From: Girardia tigrina
Lineage: Eukaryota
NCBI GenBank assembly: GCA_001938485.1
Contig: MQRK01210013.1
Coordinates: forward strand, 1-57,352
Length of the DNA: 57,352 bases
Reading direction: 5' to 3'
A program made the translations under genes and the position numbers. A model generated the notes under the pieces. It was not told where the DNA came from. It worked only from the letters and a program-made list of their open reading frames with translations, and made no database searches. This document shows, in pieces, positions 1 to 14,400 of the stretch; position 1 is the first letter of the stretch; every line of letters begins with the position of its first letter.

Positions 1-4
1 TTTT

Positions 5-554
5 TATATTATAAAAGCCCAAGTCACTCACTGCCTGCCTCACTGCCTGCCTCACTGCCTCACTAATGCTGTAAGGTAAATTTTTGAAATAATAACAGAA
101 TTTTTCATAATAAATTGATCTTTTTCATATTAAATACAGAATTTTTCATAATAAATTGATAATTTTCCACATTAAATACAGAATTTTTCATAATAAATTG
201 ATATTTTCCCACATTAAATACAGAATTTTTCATAATAAATTGATATTTTTTCACATTAAATACAGAATTTTTCATAATAAANNNNNNNNNNNNNNNNNNN
301 NNNNNNNNNNNNNNNNNNNNNNNNNNNNNNNAAATATAATTCTAAATTGTAATTTTTGTATAAAGTGAAAATATACATTTTTATCTAAAAGTCTTGTTTT
401 CGTTTCTCATTTGAATAAAGCATTTTTATCACACATATATACCAACATTTTTTCACATTTATTTTTCAACAAATAATACTATTATTACGTCAACAATTAT
501 TACGTAAGTGCGTTAGTGAAGCAGGCAGTGAGTGACTTGGGCTTTTATAATATA
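5..554. mobile_element. Foldback/MITE-like element with ~40-bp TIRs and an internal ~39-bp minisatellite
   Basis: tatattataaaagcccaagtcactcactgcctgc at the left end is inverted at 513-554; tandem acagaatttttcataataaattgat... inside, broken by a gap. Confidence 0.75.
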
Positions 555-624
555 TATTTTTTCTCCCTTTAATTTTTAAATTAAAAAAAAACAAAATATA
601 TATATATTTTTTCTTTATCAATTT

Positions 625-1650
625 CTAACATGATTCTGGGTTCGATGAATCTATGAAAAATTGAAATTGATTGTTGATCGGGTGAAGGAAAACGAACCGT
701 GTCATGCAGTATGAAGTATTAGAGAAAATAAAAAGGGCACCTTTGGGGTGCGATGCGAGTTTGATAGCAATTGGGGCATTGTTGGAGGTTGATGTAAAAT
801 CAATTGAAGATGGGGATTGGATGAGAAAGAAAGATGACACGAGGCATATAAACCTCATGAAGTTGGAGGCGGTAGTGAAATTTTTGAATTTATGCCCCAA
901 ATGTGGAATGACTGAGATAACGGTGAAATGTGATAATATATCGGCGGAATCATGGGTGAACGAAGTTATTAACGAAAGAGCAAGAGTAAGTACAAAGATG
1001 ATTTCGGAGTTGTTAGTAATAAGAAGATTGTCAATTATTAAAGAGATATGTAAGGAATTTTGTATAGAGTTAAAAATAGAATTTGTGTCAAGTAGCATGA
1101 ATAAGGCTGACGAATTAACGAGAGTTCCAAAGATATTAGAATAAAATATTTGTTGTACAGCGACGGATGTAGAAATTAAAAAAACTAAAGCAGCTTCATA
1201 GGTGCAAGAAGAATGAAATTTCTTTGTGAAAGTGAAAAAAAATCAGGTATCCGATAAAGATATTACTAATTTAATTTCAGGATGTCATCAGCGTCAGACG
1301 ATAGATCTAGCACCAGTGAAATTGGAAAAGGTAAGGTTGTCAGTTAAATAAAATTGGCATCGATTGTCAATCGAAGTGACAAAATATAGCGTTAAAAATA
1401 CTTGAGTTTAATCGATTTTCGACCGTCGAGATTCGTAATTTGGAAAGAAATCCGAGATGAGAGTGCTAATTCAATTACATCAGTGATTAGTTTGATATTC
1501 TTCGAACAAGAGCGGCCAGAGAATTATTGTAAATAATTATACCACCTTTTATTTAAAGGAGTTTGTCGAGTTAATGGAATGGTGGAAAGTTGAGGTGATT
1601 TATCGATCTAGTAATAAGCCGAGCGGTACTGGAATAGTGGGAAAAGAAGT
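625..1650 (+). mobile_element. LTR-retrotransposon pol remnant (RNase H and integrase), same family as 33281-37549
   Basis: CDASLIAIG, HINLMKLEAV, NKADELTRVP, then decayed integrase (GPSRFVIW-like, SGTGIV). Confidence 0.8.
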
Positions 1651-1829
1651 TAATGGGAAGTTAATGTTTTTCTCTTTTCGCAGTTGATTACAGAAATACT
1701 CACTAGGAAAGTATAAGTAATCTGTAATGGTCGTGTGCCAAAATACAAAAACGTTTTTGTTGATGATGAAAATATAAATTTTTTCTTGTTTTTAATAAGG
1801 ACTTTTCCTATTTCAGACAGTTTGTTTAT

Positions 1830-3240
1830 CAAGTGTTTTCAGATTTAAAAGAAGAATAAACACAAGTGACCCGACCCATTAAATTCAACACTTGAATACA
1901 TCTTAATTTTTTTAAAAAAAAGAATAATCGACAAAGTCGCTTTCTGAATAGATATCCAAGGTTGGATCTTTTCTCGACTTTCTTTATCCGCAAGTACTTT
2001 GCCAATGCACTACAAGGATCAAGCAAGCAGGTCCACTTGACATTAATCACGATCATCACGCAAGTGTTGGCTTTCTAAGCTGAGATGCTCACACCATTAG
2101 CTGAAAAATTCAAGTTGTATAAAGAAACAAGCCTTTCTGGAAGCATGATGTGATAAGTGAGTATTACATAAAACGATATTACTTTTAAAGGTACGCCGTT
2201 GCAGCACTGAAAGAGAGTTTTCAACTTTAATGTCGGTAAAGGATTTCCAAGACTCTATTATTTGATATTACTCAAAACAGTCATCTGCAAAGCGCTGGAT
2301 TTCTTTTAGAAACAAACGTCGTGTTATTTTCCCCCAGGCCTTAATAAATGCTTAGAGTTCTACTTCTTGCAAAAGAACCAACAGGTCTTAGATTACTTTT
2401 TCCTGTTCCACATCAAGCCATTCTACAAGATAATTCTGCTCTGATTGTACGATTTCGATGCACCTCATATCCTGATTTCTTGTGTTGCCACATTCGTGTT
2501 AACAGCTCTTAAATTGAAGCATATGTTTCTTATGGGATGTGGTTTCTGTTACTTGATTAGCATGTCATTGCCTTCAAATATACTCGTGCTGTTTTCATCT
2601 CTGTTTTCGATTCGCCTTCCACTTCAAAAAGCTTCCAAACGTCATAGCAGTCGTAAATATTATGAAAAATGGTCATTATAAGGTTGACTATGAGATACGC
2701 AATCTTCGTAATGAGCAGGGAAAGTATTCGCCGTCGGTTGAAATTGATGCAGAAGTTTCATTACCTTTTAAGACATCCTGAAGAAGATAGCTAGTGACTT
2801 GATATTTATAATCCAAGTACGCAGTTCCAAAACGCCTCCTTCAATGCTTTTTATAGATAGGTCACTGCTGTGAACAGCACAACAAAAATCAATACATTAC
2901 GATGCAATCAGTTCTTCATAAGCTTCCAGAGCTCCCTTGTTAATCCTTTAGTAGCTCTTTCACCATCTGTTTTAACATCAACCATCTTGAAAGTCGGTTT
3001 GACCACGGTCTTAAATACATGCTGAGTAGCTTCCATCAGTCCAGGGGCTAGAATCTGATGAGGTTCGTTGAAATCTAAGAAAACTTTTTTATTTCATGGT
3101 CTTTTGTTACTATTATCACAGAGAGAAACTTGTAATTCACCATTTGCCGATTGACACTGCTATCATTTTGTACTGTTTAAGCAACGCCATCCTATAGCTC
3201 ATGAGTGAATTCCTTCTGAACTTCTCTAGCAACGATCAGT
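1830..3240 (-). mobile_element. Highly degenerate hAT transposase
   Basis: Fragments DSSVNRQ..KVFLDF, TDGE, CAVHSSDL (CxxH); many stops. Confidence 0.55.
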
Positions 3241-3499
3241 AACATTTCTTGATAAAAGTTCGGGTCTCTGTAATGCAATGTCGATGAGGAAGGTTTAAAT
3301 ACTTAAAATGGACAATTTATTCAATTCTCGCGAAGGCTGTTAATAATTTTGGAGCTGTGTATTTGACCTAGAAATATCTAGAAAAAATAGATATCTGAAA
3401 AAGTTCTTCTATTCACAGTACCACGTTACTAATCCTTTACAAACACAATTTTATTTTAAATTAATGTTATTTTATATAAAAAAAGTATGTTAACACATA

Positions 3500-3945
3500 C
3501 AGGGTTATGATGGATGTTCTACCATGTCTGGAAAAGATAATGGGGTTCAAGAAATTATTAGAAAAAAATATTCTAAAGCTGCCTTTATTCATTGCGCCTC
3601 TCACAGACTGAATTTAGTAGTCAATGATCTCAGTGTAGTTCATGAGATTCAAAATACTATAGCAACTATTAAAGCTGTAATCATTTTCTTTCGTGGAAAT
3701 TCTTTAAGAAGATCATTAATTCCAAACATACCTTTATTTTGTGAAACTCTTTGGACGAGTAAATACAAGAGTATTAGGATTTTTTTTGAAAATTTTGAAC
3801 AAATTTTTAATCAGTTGGAATCTTTGGTAACGACATCCAATGGCAATGATAGACAGACAACTCATCAATTCTTTTGTTCGTGCAATTCATCAACATTTTT
3901 ATTTTGTTTAAAAATAATTTTTTTCATATTCGTCAGTACTTGAAC
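3500..3945 (+). mobile_element. hAT transposase fragment (THAP12/ZMYM1-like clade)
   Basis: GYDGCSTMSGKDNGVQ...FIHCASHRLNLVV...LFCETLWTS. Confidence 0.85.
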
Positions 3946-6540
3946 CTAATACACAAATACTTTTTAAAAAAAAGTTAATTTTTTTATGAAATTTGAAGTT
4001 TTTCTTGTGATCCATTCTCGTGACATTTTACTCCCCACGGTAATAATGTCAATGTCTGTTTGAGTACCTCCAAACCCCACAAACCCTACTTCACCTCAAC
4101 AGCGCTTCCACTCTAACTTTATGACCAATAATTGATTTCAAGTCTTCATTACAATACTGAAGTTCGATGACGGTATTGAGTTCTTATTTTTTTTCTGTGG
4201 TTTGTTGTTAGTATTAGCCTATTTGTTATATATTGAACCTCACAAAATTTTAACTTCAATATCTGATGGTTTTTTTATTTTTTGTTCGTTCATGAAGAAA
4301 GACATTTAAAAACTCATTTAACGATATTTTGATGATAAATACATTTCTGAAAGAAGACTAAAAAATTTCAAAGCTTTCGATTTGAACATTGATGATTTCA
4401 AACTTTTAAGGATTGTGATATAAAAATGGTAAACTTATGCGAAGATCGGATTACGAATTTGCAATCGGAATAAGGAAATCTATAAAGTGCATAATGCTTC
4501 ATTATGATCCTCCAGTTGATCTCGGGATGTGACCCTTGTTAGTGTTTTCAATCACGTCGACAATTTTGTTTTTCTTATTAATCTATATCGAAAATTTAAA
4601 AGTAAATTTTAAATGATCCATAATCTAATCTGTTATTTTAGATTTCTAAAGGAAAAGAAATTAACAACTTTATTAAAAATTATTTCAACATAAATTTTCG
4701 ATCAGTTTCTTTTTTTTGATGTCAAATTATATCTCCAACACGTGAAAATTACGCTCAGAAAGCCTCCCTAATTGCCGCCTGACTTGACGAGAAACAAACA
4801 TACTATTTTTCCTCTAGAAAATGAATAATAATAGTAGAATAAATTCGTTTTCGAAAAATTCATTTCTTGAGTCTTTTTTTGAAATCCCATTAGAGAAAAG
4901 ACGTAAGAAGTTTCTGTTGTAAACCGCTAATTGATTCAGCTCTAATTTGGTTCAAATTTATCAAAAAATATTTATAATTGTCTCTTATAACCAATGTTCC
5001 TAACTCATGTTTACTTACCATACATTTCAGAATGGATAAAATCAATTCAATTTTATTCATTTTTTTTTCGGAACAGGATCACTAATGTTTAAATTATTTT
5101 ATTTGTTTTCCATAATAAAAATCATATATTATATTTTTGGGATGAAAGATAAAGTGTTAAAGAATCAAGTTAATTTATAATATTAAGGGTTGACTGGAAA
5201 GGTTTTGTCGATACTAAATTGTTAATTTTTGCAGACCTATGAAAAGAAAACGAACTGATTATAATTTCGAAATCAGTGAATTCCCTTTTTTATTATATAT
5301 ACACACTTATTTATAATATAAATAATAAAATGATGTTTGATTAAAATATAATGAATAATAAAACTAATAAAGTTTTGAATATAAGAATACCGATGAAAGG
5401 ATAAGATGAGTTAGCAGGATCACAGATCTAGATTCAGGAGTTGAGGATATTAAAAAAATAGAATTTGATTTACGTTAGTTCTATCTTTAGAGTATCGATG
5501 TATAGTGTTTCTTCTATAGACAAGGTTCTAAACAAAGGAGTTCTTCTGGAATATTCTTCAGTTGATTGTGAATTTTAGAAAAAAAGCCTCCCCCGAGTGG
5601 ACGGATAACTGAGTATCATAGAGACTACAGTACCAGCATTGGCGTATATGGTAGTGAGCCATCGACTCTGTATTGGGTAGAAACTATAAATAGACAATAC
5701 AGAGCCTACTGACTTTCTCGCACGACTTTAGATATTATGCGAGCGATCCCAATATTCTCTGTGCCTACTCCTGGATTACTAGCCATAGCTGAGAGCTCTC
5801 CCACTCGAATTTAGATGGGTATCCAGGATCGAGACGAGGACGCATCGAGATATGTCATACGGACGTCATATGATAGAAAAGATTGTGATAACTGATATTT
5901 GATAGTATTTGGTTTGAATTTAGAATTGATTTTGGTGTTATATAAAAAATTATAACGGTTTCTCGAAATATCTTCCGGTGAATTAGGAAATCGATCAGAT
6001 GTATGATTTATGTTAACGTTTAAGACAGCAAATAATAAATTTGCGTCTTCAAATGTTAACTTGATTAACAATTGGTTGTCAGAGCACTGGGTATGATTTA
6101 TTTATTTCTAAGTTGCTTCTATGTAAACGGTTAAGTTTATTTAATTTTGTTGATTGACTTTTTAATTTTTAATTTTAATTCATTAATATCGCCTATAGCG
6201 ATATAATTATACATAAGATTTAAATAGTTTTTAATGATAATTTTCATATTTCTTTGTCGTTTCTTCTCGCACCTTTGTAACTGCCGCTCAATGAAAGACA
6301 TTCTTGGGAAGACCGGGTGGAACGGAAATTGGTTCGGTTTGACCGAATATATTTTGCCATTAAGTAAAAATAACATAAATTAATTAAATAAAATATATAA
6401 TTAATAAAATAACTAAATTAAATTAATTACTCAAAGAATAAAATAAAGTAAAGTAAAAAGAAGTAAATTAAATAACGAAAATCATTAAATAAAATTAAAT
6501 AATTAAAAAAACAATCTATATTAAATTAAAATTAATTTAA

Positions 6541-6763
6541 CCCTTTCCTGGCTGAATTAAAAANNNNTAAATCACTTTCTGCAACTTTCAAATGATAAAA
6601 ATAAAAGGACGGTTGACAAAATACGTGTTAAAATAATTTTTCTTTAAAAGAAAAATCTTCCTTATTCATCAGGATAAAAATTTTATTAATATTTTTTCCA
6701 TAGATGCCTATAAAATATTAAAATGAAACATGATTCCATATGACATCAATAGTCAGGAAAGGG
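6541..6763. mobile_element. piggyBac-type MITE
   Basis: TTAA-CCCTTTCCTG...CAGGAAAGGG-TTAA. Confidence 0.88.
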
Positions 6764-9064
6764 TTAAATAATTAAACCATCACTTTCATATGGTTTCGTG
6801 ATGGTATTTCTATTTGAATTGGCAGTGCAGTTTGTTAGTTATTAAGTTTAATATAAATCGATTCGGTGAATACTAATCACCAGATATTTGAATCGATTGT
6901 GTGTTAGTCATGTTGTTATAAGTGTGTATATTATAAATAAATTATAAATAGAGTATAAAGAATATACATTATAAATAATTTTTTAATATCGCACAAAAAT
7001 ACAAAATATGTTCCCGGGAATCGGGATAATGAAAAGTTCCTAATTCCCCTCTACTTAGGATCAATAAATCTGATTGTCGAAGAGAAAAGTCGATCCAAGG
7101 ATCGCAGATGTGGCGGATGCTTTATCTTTCGGAAGCACTCCCAAATAAAAAAAATAAAATTCCAACGGTGAGAACCGGGGCGGGGCTTCGGCTTTCATTA
7201 GAGCTGGATATTGGATCACGGTTAATCGTATTAGTTGTAAATTCCTCGATATCGAGTCATCATCTTCGGAAACCGGAGAGCTTCAACCACGCTGCAAAGA
7301 TTACTCTGCGATCACTGTGTTTCAATGATGTTCGGTTAATCCGTTTTTATTATTGCTCCCAGTTACTCATGACCTTTGACCTTATATATTACTAGTACTA
7401 TACCACTTTTGTTCTTGACACTATTACGAAGGTTGTTGGAGTCGAAGGAGATCTTTAATTTCAATCCATATTTTCATTCATATTTCAATTACTTTCACTT
7501 AAATGGTATAAGCAAACTATCAGACATATTTATATCAGCTTGACGCACAAAAAGAGAAAAATTGTCTTTATCATCAAACTCCATTTAAATTCATTGCGTC
7601 CCAGACGCAATGAATACTTTTAATTAATTTACAAAATTAATTGTTCTTCTTTAAGCTCACATATTCTTTGATATCAATAATGCCAACTTGGGATCTTTTA
7701 ACCTTTAAAATTAAAAAAAATATTACTGATTGTTTTCTTCCGATACGAGAATTAGTTTTTAATAAAAACGTCTTCCTTATTGAATCCGCACATCAGTTAA
7801 AATTCCAAACCCCAATATAATTTAAATATAATAAAAACTATTTTTTTACCAAAGTAAAAATTTTTCTTTCAATGTAAAAAATTAATTTTTATGTTAAAAA
7901 TTATTTTATAATGTATATAAAAAATAATACAAAAACGATATTGTTTTATCGAACTAATAATATAAAATTTTTAAAATGCCGAGTTTGTTTGTTTTTTTAA
8001 AATCGATTTTTTTCGTTTTTATCTCACGTTAAATCAAGTAAATTTCCAAAATGGTCATCACAACTAACAATTCCAATCAGTGAAAATCATTCTTTAATCT
8101 CAACAAATCGACCGACTCGATCGGCCACCAAGGCAACTAAACAATGGATTCAACATTTGGAGACTCCAGTTCCAGCAAAATCGCCACGAAAATCAGTTGA
8201 CCACAAATCTATAATAGATTTGACAAAAGATGACGACGCCTATTTCACAGAGGATGATATCGAATTGAAGGCGCCGTCCGACTTCGAACCTCTAACCCAA
8301 GTTGACCTTCCATCTTCCGAGTTAGAAGTCCTTTTTCTCGAGTTAGGATATAATTATTCTCGAGGAAGAATATCGTGAAGGATTTCAATCCTTCCTCAAT
8401 AACACCTTATCGCACCCATCTCCTTCCTTATTGAAAGTACCGCGTGATTCAGGACGTACAGAGAACCAATACCGAGCGGATTATCGAAGATTCCAACAGA
8501 ATCGGCCCCAAGCAAGCAGATCCCGTACATCCAGAAGAAATTGTGATATGGATGATGATGATTATTAAACATTGATATTGACAGTTATGAGGTCATAACA
8601 AAAATGACCCCCCCCCACGAATGTTGGGGATTGATATAATTATTTGATTTATAATTATTTTGACTTTAATTTATTTTGGTAATTATTTGATATTGTGTTA
8701 TTACTTTGATTTTTGGTTTTATTTTTTTGTATATTGTGTTTACAATAAATATATAAATAATACGAGGATATTATTTATTCAGACGAATATTATAAGTTAA
8801 ATAAAATATTATATTTATTATAAGTTATTATTTTTTATTATTAAGGTCAGTCTACAAATATTATATTTATTATAAGTTATTAAGGTCGGTCTAAACCTAC
8901 CTTCATAACCGACCGAAACCTACAGTACCAACGCATCCATAAAATATTATAAACGTAGCAGCTTTTGAGAACCCTTTTAGTAAAAATTCTTAAAAGTTTT
9001 TAAGGTAAGGTTGTTACTAGATAGTAAAAAAATTCTTAAAAGTTTATAAGGTTTTAAGAGCCTC

Positions 9065-9400
9065 CGTCCGAAGAAGAAGATTGTTATTCCGAGAAAGAAG
9101 ATTTTCATTCTGAAGAAGAAGACTGTTATACTCTATATCGATTGTTACTTTGAAGAAGAAGACTGTTATACTCTATATCGATTGTTACTTTGAAGAAGAA
9201 GACTGTTTACACTCTATATCGATTGTTACCTTGAAGAAGAAGACTGTTACTCTAAGGAAGAAGATTGTTACTCTATTGATATTATATCGAAGAAGAAGAT
9301 TATTACTCTGAAGAAGGAAATTGTTAAAGAAGACCGTTACTCTACTATTATATTATTGAAGAGAGGTTGTTACTCTGCTGTTATATCATATTAAAGGAGA
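9065..9400. repeat. Tandem repeat, 40-41-bp unit built from ~20-bp subunits
   Basis: gactgttatactctatatcgattgttactttgaagaagaa x3 plus degenerate copies. Confidence 0.85.
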
Positions 9401-10478
9401 AGATTTTTGTTGGCAATTAAGATTGTTTGGATATCTGGAATTTTACTCTCGGTGAGGTTCTTGAGTATTCTTTAACCTTTTATTATTCAATTTTATCATA
9501 TTTAAAATCAATAATTTGTTATTATATTTTTTTAAATTTAATTAAAATATTAATTTTTTATTTATTAAAATCTCTTCCTATAGTCAGCGGTCGAAGAACC
9601 GGGACTATATACAAAAATTATACACGACACATTAGGCTATCTGTTATACAACTGTAAATTTATTATTATTGTACTATTGTATATAACAAATAAAATGTTA
9701 TAAAATCTTGTGTTGTCATTTATCAATTTTATAATAATTTTCATTTATTGTCTCATAATAATTCCTTTATAATCTAAGAAAAAATCAATCAACAAATCTC
9801 TAAAATCATCTAATTTAATTTATCATTAAAAGGTCTAAGTTTAACGAATTTCAACTTTCCTTTGTTAGATTTCAAGGGAGGTCGAAGCGTAATAATTCGC
9901 AAACCCCCCAGAAATTTAACATTATGATCGGACCAGTAAGCTCAATTTCCTTTCTCAACACTGGACGCAGTCATATATTTACAATCCAATGGTAATATTA
10001 TAGCTGTGAAAAATTTTATGAGAAAATTAAAAACAACAAGTGTTTTGATAGAGCATATTTTTAACAAAAAGACGAAAAATAAAAATTTTAAATGAAATTA
10101 AATATGAAAATTTTTTTGAGACTTTTTAAAAGGCCACGAATATTTAATATAAACATTAAAAATTATGTATACAAAATGGTTATAAATTGAAATAAATTAT
10201 TAAAAGTAACTGTAGTAATTAATAGGAATTTATTTTTAATAACTCAAATATAAAATTCTAGTATATTTGTTTGCTCCTTACAATTTAAAATGTTTTTCAT
10301 GTAAAAAATCATTTAAAAAGTTAAATATACTACAGAAAATCTAAAGTGGTTAATCTAAAATCTTATTGTAAAATATAAAATAAAAAAACAAAATATACAA
10401 ATACTTTCGATTTTGCGTCGATTCCGGCGTAAAAAATTGAAAATTTGAATCGACACAAATTGAGGTATTTGTGTAGGT

Positions 10479-11133
10479 CAGTGGTGGGCAAACGGTCGAT
10501 CGCGAGCTGTTTGATAGTAGGTCGCAGACGTTTTTTCAGATAAATTTAAAATATTTAACAATAGATTTACCTGAGTAAAAAAGAATCGTAAAAACAAAAA
10601 GGAAATACACAAATTTTCATTAAGATTATAAATTAAGACTCAAAATTTAACATTAAATTAAAATATATTTAAAGTTTAAATTAATGGTAATTAAAATGAA
10701 ATGATTGGATTTTGTTTGAATCTTCAAAACTTTGGTGTTGATTCATGTATTAACACTAACCACACAGCACCTTATACCTCAAAAGTCTTCGCATCAATCT
10801 AAGTTAACAACTGAAGCATTCTATGTGATCTGAGATCACTCTATGTTTTTGAAAAACATAAAAAGTCTTATTGTAATGGAAGCTTTCCTTGAGAGCACTG
10901 AAAAATTATTTAACAACTTTAAAAATAAAAACAAAATTCTTAATGTAATTAAAGATTTGCAACTTTCTCGCCGATGAAATGGAATGTCAAGCGTCAACAT
11001 CCAAAAATTAATTACACTTACATTGTACAATAATTATGCTTTTATAATAAAATTAATAAACATACTGTGTTATGTTTTCTCATTTCTGAAAGAGTCGATC
11101 GCAGTTAAATAATAAAAAGTGTGCCTACCCCTG
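10479..11133. mobile_element. Non-autonomous hAT (Buster-type) element
   Basis: CAGTGGTGGGCA...TGCCTACCCCTG with 8-bp TSD gtgTAggt on both sides. Confidence 0.88.
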
Positions 11134-11369
11134 GTGTAGGTGATTCTAGGTAATCATTTCTTTGGAAAGAATCTCTACTCTAAATTACTTAATTCATTCA
11201 AATATATTATCAAACTTCACAATAACCATAAATAATAAGAATAGCAATAAAAAAAATTATCATACAAATATTGGACAATTAGTGATAATTAAATAAGTTT
11301 GAAAGTTTAGTTGAATCAAATTTATTAACTAAATAAATTCATTAAAGTTGTGTCAAAAAATCAAACTTA

Positions 11370-11475
11370 TCACTGATCATACATTTTAAATTTAGAGAAA
11401 TAACCATTCGGTTTGTTGATTACTTCCTCAGCAGATCCGTACTCCACAATCGAGCCTCCATCCATCACGATGATT
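11370..11475 (-). CDS. ABCC: ABCC terminal exon
   Basis: [18 protein letters not shown]...MYDQ*; phase 2 matches the preceding exon. Confidence 0.88.
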
Positions 11476-14400
11476 CTTAAATAGAAGAACGATAATATGT
11501 AAATTAGACAAAGTTTCATTGGAAGTTCCAGAACAATTTATGCTTATCAAATGCTGAAAACGAGTTTATATACAACGGACACATGTCGTTCAGAATTTAA
11601 TTTAATTAATTAATCTTCCGACCAAAAGCCCCAACTAATTGGTGTCCCGATCAATTGACGTGTTCCCATATACAACTCCTAACAGTTTTTGTGAACCCGA
11701 ATATAAAAGAAATAGGATAACAGATTTGATATTCAGATAATGTACACTTTAAATTTTAAATGCAATGAAACCTTTGATAAATTGATGGATTTGTAAATAA
11801 AAATGGATATTTCAAAATCGATAGTGGAAGAATAAACTCGAGAAAATGATAATAAATTAATTTATTCGGAAAATGAAAAATTAAATAATACAATAAATAC
11901 TGACAAAAAGAAAAAATGCATATGTTAGGAGAAGACGAAATACCATTTCCAAAGGATTTATTCAATACAAAAAATTCTGTAATTTTCTTCTGCATTTCAT
12001 TCAAATTTAAAATAACTGCCAAACCAAATTCTTAAAATAATTTAGTTAAACAAATGATGTAATTTAATATTTTTCTAAATTAATTCGATTTTATACTTGA
12101 ATTTGATTTTGTAATTTAATTTTAATTAGTTAACGGTTGGTAATTATTTTTGGGAGAGACAACATACTCAGCACCAGACATTTCCTCATATAATACTTTA
12201 TTCACGAGCAACTCTCACAACATAAATAATAATAATTATTATAACATTTCTTTTCTTTTGACTGTTTCCTATTCTGAAGGATAAACAAAATTGTGACAAA
12301 CCAGTTGGATGAATGGATTTACTGCTGAAGAAATTTACGATCGTCAATGATCTAGACACAATTTGTAAATTGTCATAAATTTTCTTCGTGTTTCATAATA
12401 AAGCTTTTGAATTTTCTTAATCAGTTTCAATTCAAAGGGTGTGATGGTTTTTCGTCATCCCAGTAAGCGAATTTAGGACCATAATCGAAGAGAAAGTGAT
12501 GGTAATATTGATTAAGTTTAAAGTCGCATATTCAAGATATCATAGGCTATGTATTAAAAGACAAACAATTTGAATTGAAAAAGGCTACAAATATTTACAT
12601 TAATAACAATAAGAAAATGAAAAATAATGAAGAAAAAACATTAAAGGANNNNNNAAAAAAGAAGGACATAATTATTACAAAATTTGATAAAGGTAACGGC
12701 CTCGTCATACTTAACAAATCAGATTACATAAGTAAAATGAATGACATATTAGGAACAGATAAATTCAGTAAATTAAGTTTAAGTTACTAATCCTTAATCC
12801 TTTACAAACACAATTTTATTTTAAATTAATGTTATTTTTATTTTATATAAAAAAAGTATGTTAACACATTAGCTTACTTGTCCAAATGTTTTAGTCCGCT
12901 TGTTCGATGGGCTACAACTATCAATGTACTATGGTAGAATCTTTTCTTTATTGTTTCCATAATCAGCCTATCGGTTTCCTGGTCTACACAAGCTGTAGCT
13001 TCATCTAAAACTATTATTTTGGAATTTCTTAAGATCACCCTTGCTAAACACAAAAGCTGTCTTTGACCAACCTAAAACAAAAAGAATCTTTAATAACTGT
13101 AGCAAAATAACATAGAGAAGTACAGATAGGTTTGAACCACTATCTCCACAATCAAAATCTAGGTTCTCATCGATAGTTTCTAACCAAGACCCAAGATGAG
13201 ATAGCTTTAGAGCTGATTTCAATTTGTAATCATCAAATTCATTAAATGGATCGATATTTTGACGAATTGTGCCGGAAAAAATAGTGGATTCCTTAAAGTT
13301 AATGAATTCCAAGTAGAATGTAAAATGTTAAGCATATGTAATATAGAGATGATGAAAGACTTTTGAATTAAAAAGAAAATTTGAATTTAGTAATGAAAGA
13401 GGATCTATCTGCGTCAAAAAGAATTTGATTATTATTTAACCCTATTTTAATTATGTCAACAAAATACTTAGTAATAAATAAAATAATAAAAATATTTAAT
13501 TTTTAATTGTATTTATAATAATAATTATGATAATAATATTAATAATAATAATAGTAAAAATAAAATGAAAGGGGTAGCTGTAACACTCACTAAAAGAAAA
13601 GTGTCTAATAAAAAAATAACGAGAAAAAAATAAAATGCGATTGAGTTATGGTTGTCGATTAATCGAATATGTGGAGATTGTAAAAAAGTTTGAGAATATT
13701 GTTGAATTGAACTAAAATTCTTCAAATAATGGCCGAACAAAAAATGTCTGGCAGAAGTGTTTGGAAATCTTATAATTATCTTCGACTTCAAGGATAAACC
13801 AGGATAATTCATGAAACACAATTATAACTCTCAACATTCTTAATCTGAAAATTTCTACAGCTTTATTGATTATTCAAAATTTTCCAGAGATAATAATAAA
13901 TTAGGTCAATTGGTATGCATGTATTAAACGAGTAATGTATTAGGTCATGGGTGCCCAACCCAAATCGTTTGGTGGGCCAAAAACAAAATTACTGAGCTGA
14001 GGTGGGCCACACAATAAAAAAATAAAACAATAAATTATTCAAAATATTTTATTATCGTACAATTAATGTGACACTTGCTTTTTATATCACTTGAGATTTT
14101 TTAATATCAACGGATAATTTAGTCGACGCACATCGTGTAACCTGCTGTGATACCTTGTTTTTACCAGGTTTAATTTGTAAAAAAATAATTTGCGGAAATA
14201 AGTAGTTCCAAATGCTGATATTATGCACATTACCAATCGTTTCAAATTTGGATATTTTCTTCGAGGATATATTTCTGATAAAGCTCAATCTTATGCCCTT
14301 CGAACATCCATTTTAACTCGATGCTTAATTGTAATTCTATTAGTTCCATTTGTAAATTTGGAGGCGCTGATTCCACCTCTATATTAAATGGAGCTACGAA

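Noticed and set aside
7100-7145. PARP1-like VADALSFG motif
   Set aside because: A single short match with no following zinc-binding cysteines.
9065-9400. CRISPR-like array
   Set aside because: No unique spacers, no cas genes, eukaryotic context.
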